Part shown: piece after piece, positions 62,987 through 64,000 of the stretch
Layout: every line of letters starts with the position of its first letter
How positions within the stretch are numbered: the first letter of the stretch is position 1
Source of the DNA: an uncultured Pseudomonadota bacterium
Lineage (GTDB): Bacteria; Oederibacteriota; Muellerivitia; Muellerivitales; Muellerivitaceae
Assembly (NCBI GenBank): GCA_963836235.1
Contig: CAWIIP010000004.1
Span: forward strand, 576,001 to 640,000
Length of the DNA stretch: 64,000 nucleotides
Direction: 5' to 3'
Notes under the pieces: model-generated
Told to the model about the DNA's origin: nothing
The model's database searches: none
What the model saw: only the letters and a program-made list of their open reading frames with translations
Program-made: the position numbers and the translations under genes

Positions 62987-63727
62987 ACTGCCCCCCGGAA
63001 GTGTTTTTGAATATTGGGTATGGAAAACGAGTTGAGTGTGCACATAGTATTTTGGCAGGCTCTAAAAAACAACACTTAAGTTAAAGAATTAACCATTCGA
63101 AAAAGTATCGAACCGAGCGAGCGTACATGAAGAATAACAAGACATTTTATGATTAATTGTGCACCCATGAAATCGTTTTAAGGATAAGGCGAAATAAAAA
63201 TACTTTAACTTGTCCAGAAAGCTTGAACCTAAGGTGAGTTTTCGCAATTAAGTTTGAGCCCAGCAAATTTTAAGGGTTCCAAAGATTAGTTGCCGAGATG
63301 AAGACATAAAAATGCCTAACGATTTTTAAAATTTAAAAAATTATTGGTAATCCACTTTTTTGAGTTCTGTTGGCCGCCAACTTTTGCGTTTGGTTAGAAT
63401 GACTTTTCGCCTTAACGTTTTTTTCAAATCTCACATTTGTTCAAGGTGTGAGAAGGAATCTATTCGATGGGTGGATTGAAAATTGTGTAGAATTGTGGCT
63501 AAGTGGATGATGTCAAAAACTTAAACGAGTTTTTTGTGAATCTTGAATATTAAAATGTTGCCGAGGATAGATATCCGGAAAGATAGTTGAGAGACTTGAT
63601 CCGGAATGAGACGATCTATTAAAAACGATTGAATTTAGTAATTGAAATTCTTTGAAATTATTAAAACGAGAAGGATTATTTGGAATTGATGTGGTGAAAT
63701 ATTTATAAAGACTGAAGGTTCAATAGT

Positions 63728-64000
63728 ATGGGTTTTCAAAATAGTTTTTTTCTTTTTTTTCTTCTTTCCCTTGGAATAAGCATGATTCTTACCCCTGTCT
63801 TTATCGGGCTTGCGCCCCGGTTACGCCTTCTTGATCGTCCTGGCGGCAGAAAAATTCATCAAACACTTATTCCGCGGATAGGTGGACTCGTCATAGCTAT
63901 TTCAATTCTTTTTGTTGTTGTTATTGGTTTTGCCTTTTTGTCCTTGGCGCATTTTCCATCGGACCAAGTGGTGAAGTTGGGGATCATACTTTCGGGGACT
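63728..64000 (+). CDS. WecA/TagO/MraY-family phospho-sugar transferase, 5' part only (runs off the window)
   Basis: Manual translation MGFQNSFF..LTPVFIGLAPRLRLLDRPGGRKIHQTLIPRIGGLVI matches the DxPxxRKxHxxxxPxxGG motif. Confidence 0.85.
   Translation, partial: MGFQNSFFLFFLLSLGISMILTPVFIGLAPRLRLLDRPGGRKIHQTLIPRIGGLVIAISILFVVVIGFAFLSLAHFPSDQVVKLGIILSGT

Overview
64 kb from a diderm bacterium (outer-membrane barrels, lipoproteins, autotransporter). The many Thr/Pro-rich secreted proteins suggest an uncultured lineage such as FCPU426/Goldbacteria, which is inference only. The left end holds a partner-switching operon (RsbW-HAMP-SpoIIE-HTH fusion, STAS, TPR), a PilZ gene, gltX, a GNAT and tRNA-Gln(CTG). 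Most of the window is cell-surface genes. Seven secreted proteins share the layout signal peptide / passenger / Thr-Pro stalk / FlgD-Ig, T9SS-like C-terminal domain. One of them is translationally coupled to a PorV-like barrel-TPR fusion and a sensor kinase, followed by an OmpR-type regulator. An 11-bp-period CTTTAC-N5-CTTTAC box recurs upstream of five transcription units, suggesting one regulon. A 12.9-kb, mostly GC-rich block (31.2-44.2 kb) is bounded by ~99-bp direct repeats that copy the 3' end of an adenylate cyclase gene. It carries a membrane-anchored ParB-like gene, an intact IS1380 element, a ~2390-aa Gly-rich autotransporter and a cluster of homopolymer frameshifts. The right part has a cyclase / cupredoxin / porin / cupredoxin module, an M16 peptidase pair, tRNA-Glu(CTC), two more PilZ genes, a BNR/GH74-like secreted protein, three tandem internalin-like LRR lipoproteins and the start of a WecA/MraY-family gene. 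All calls are from motif recognition by eye; no database searches were run.
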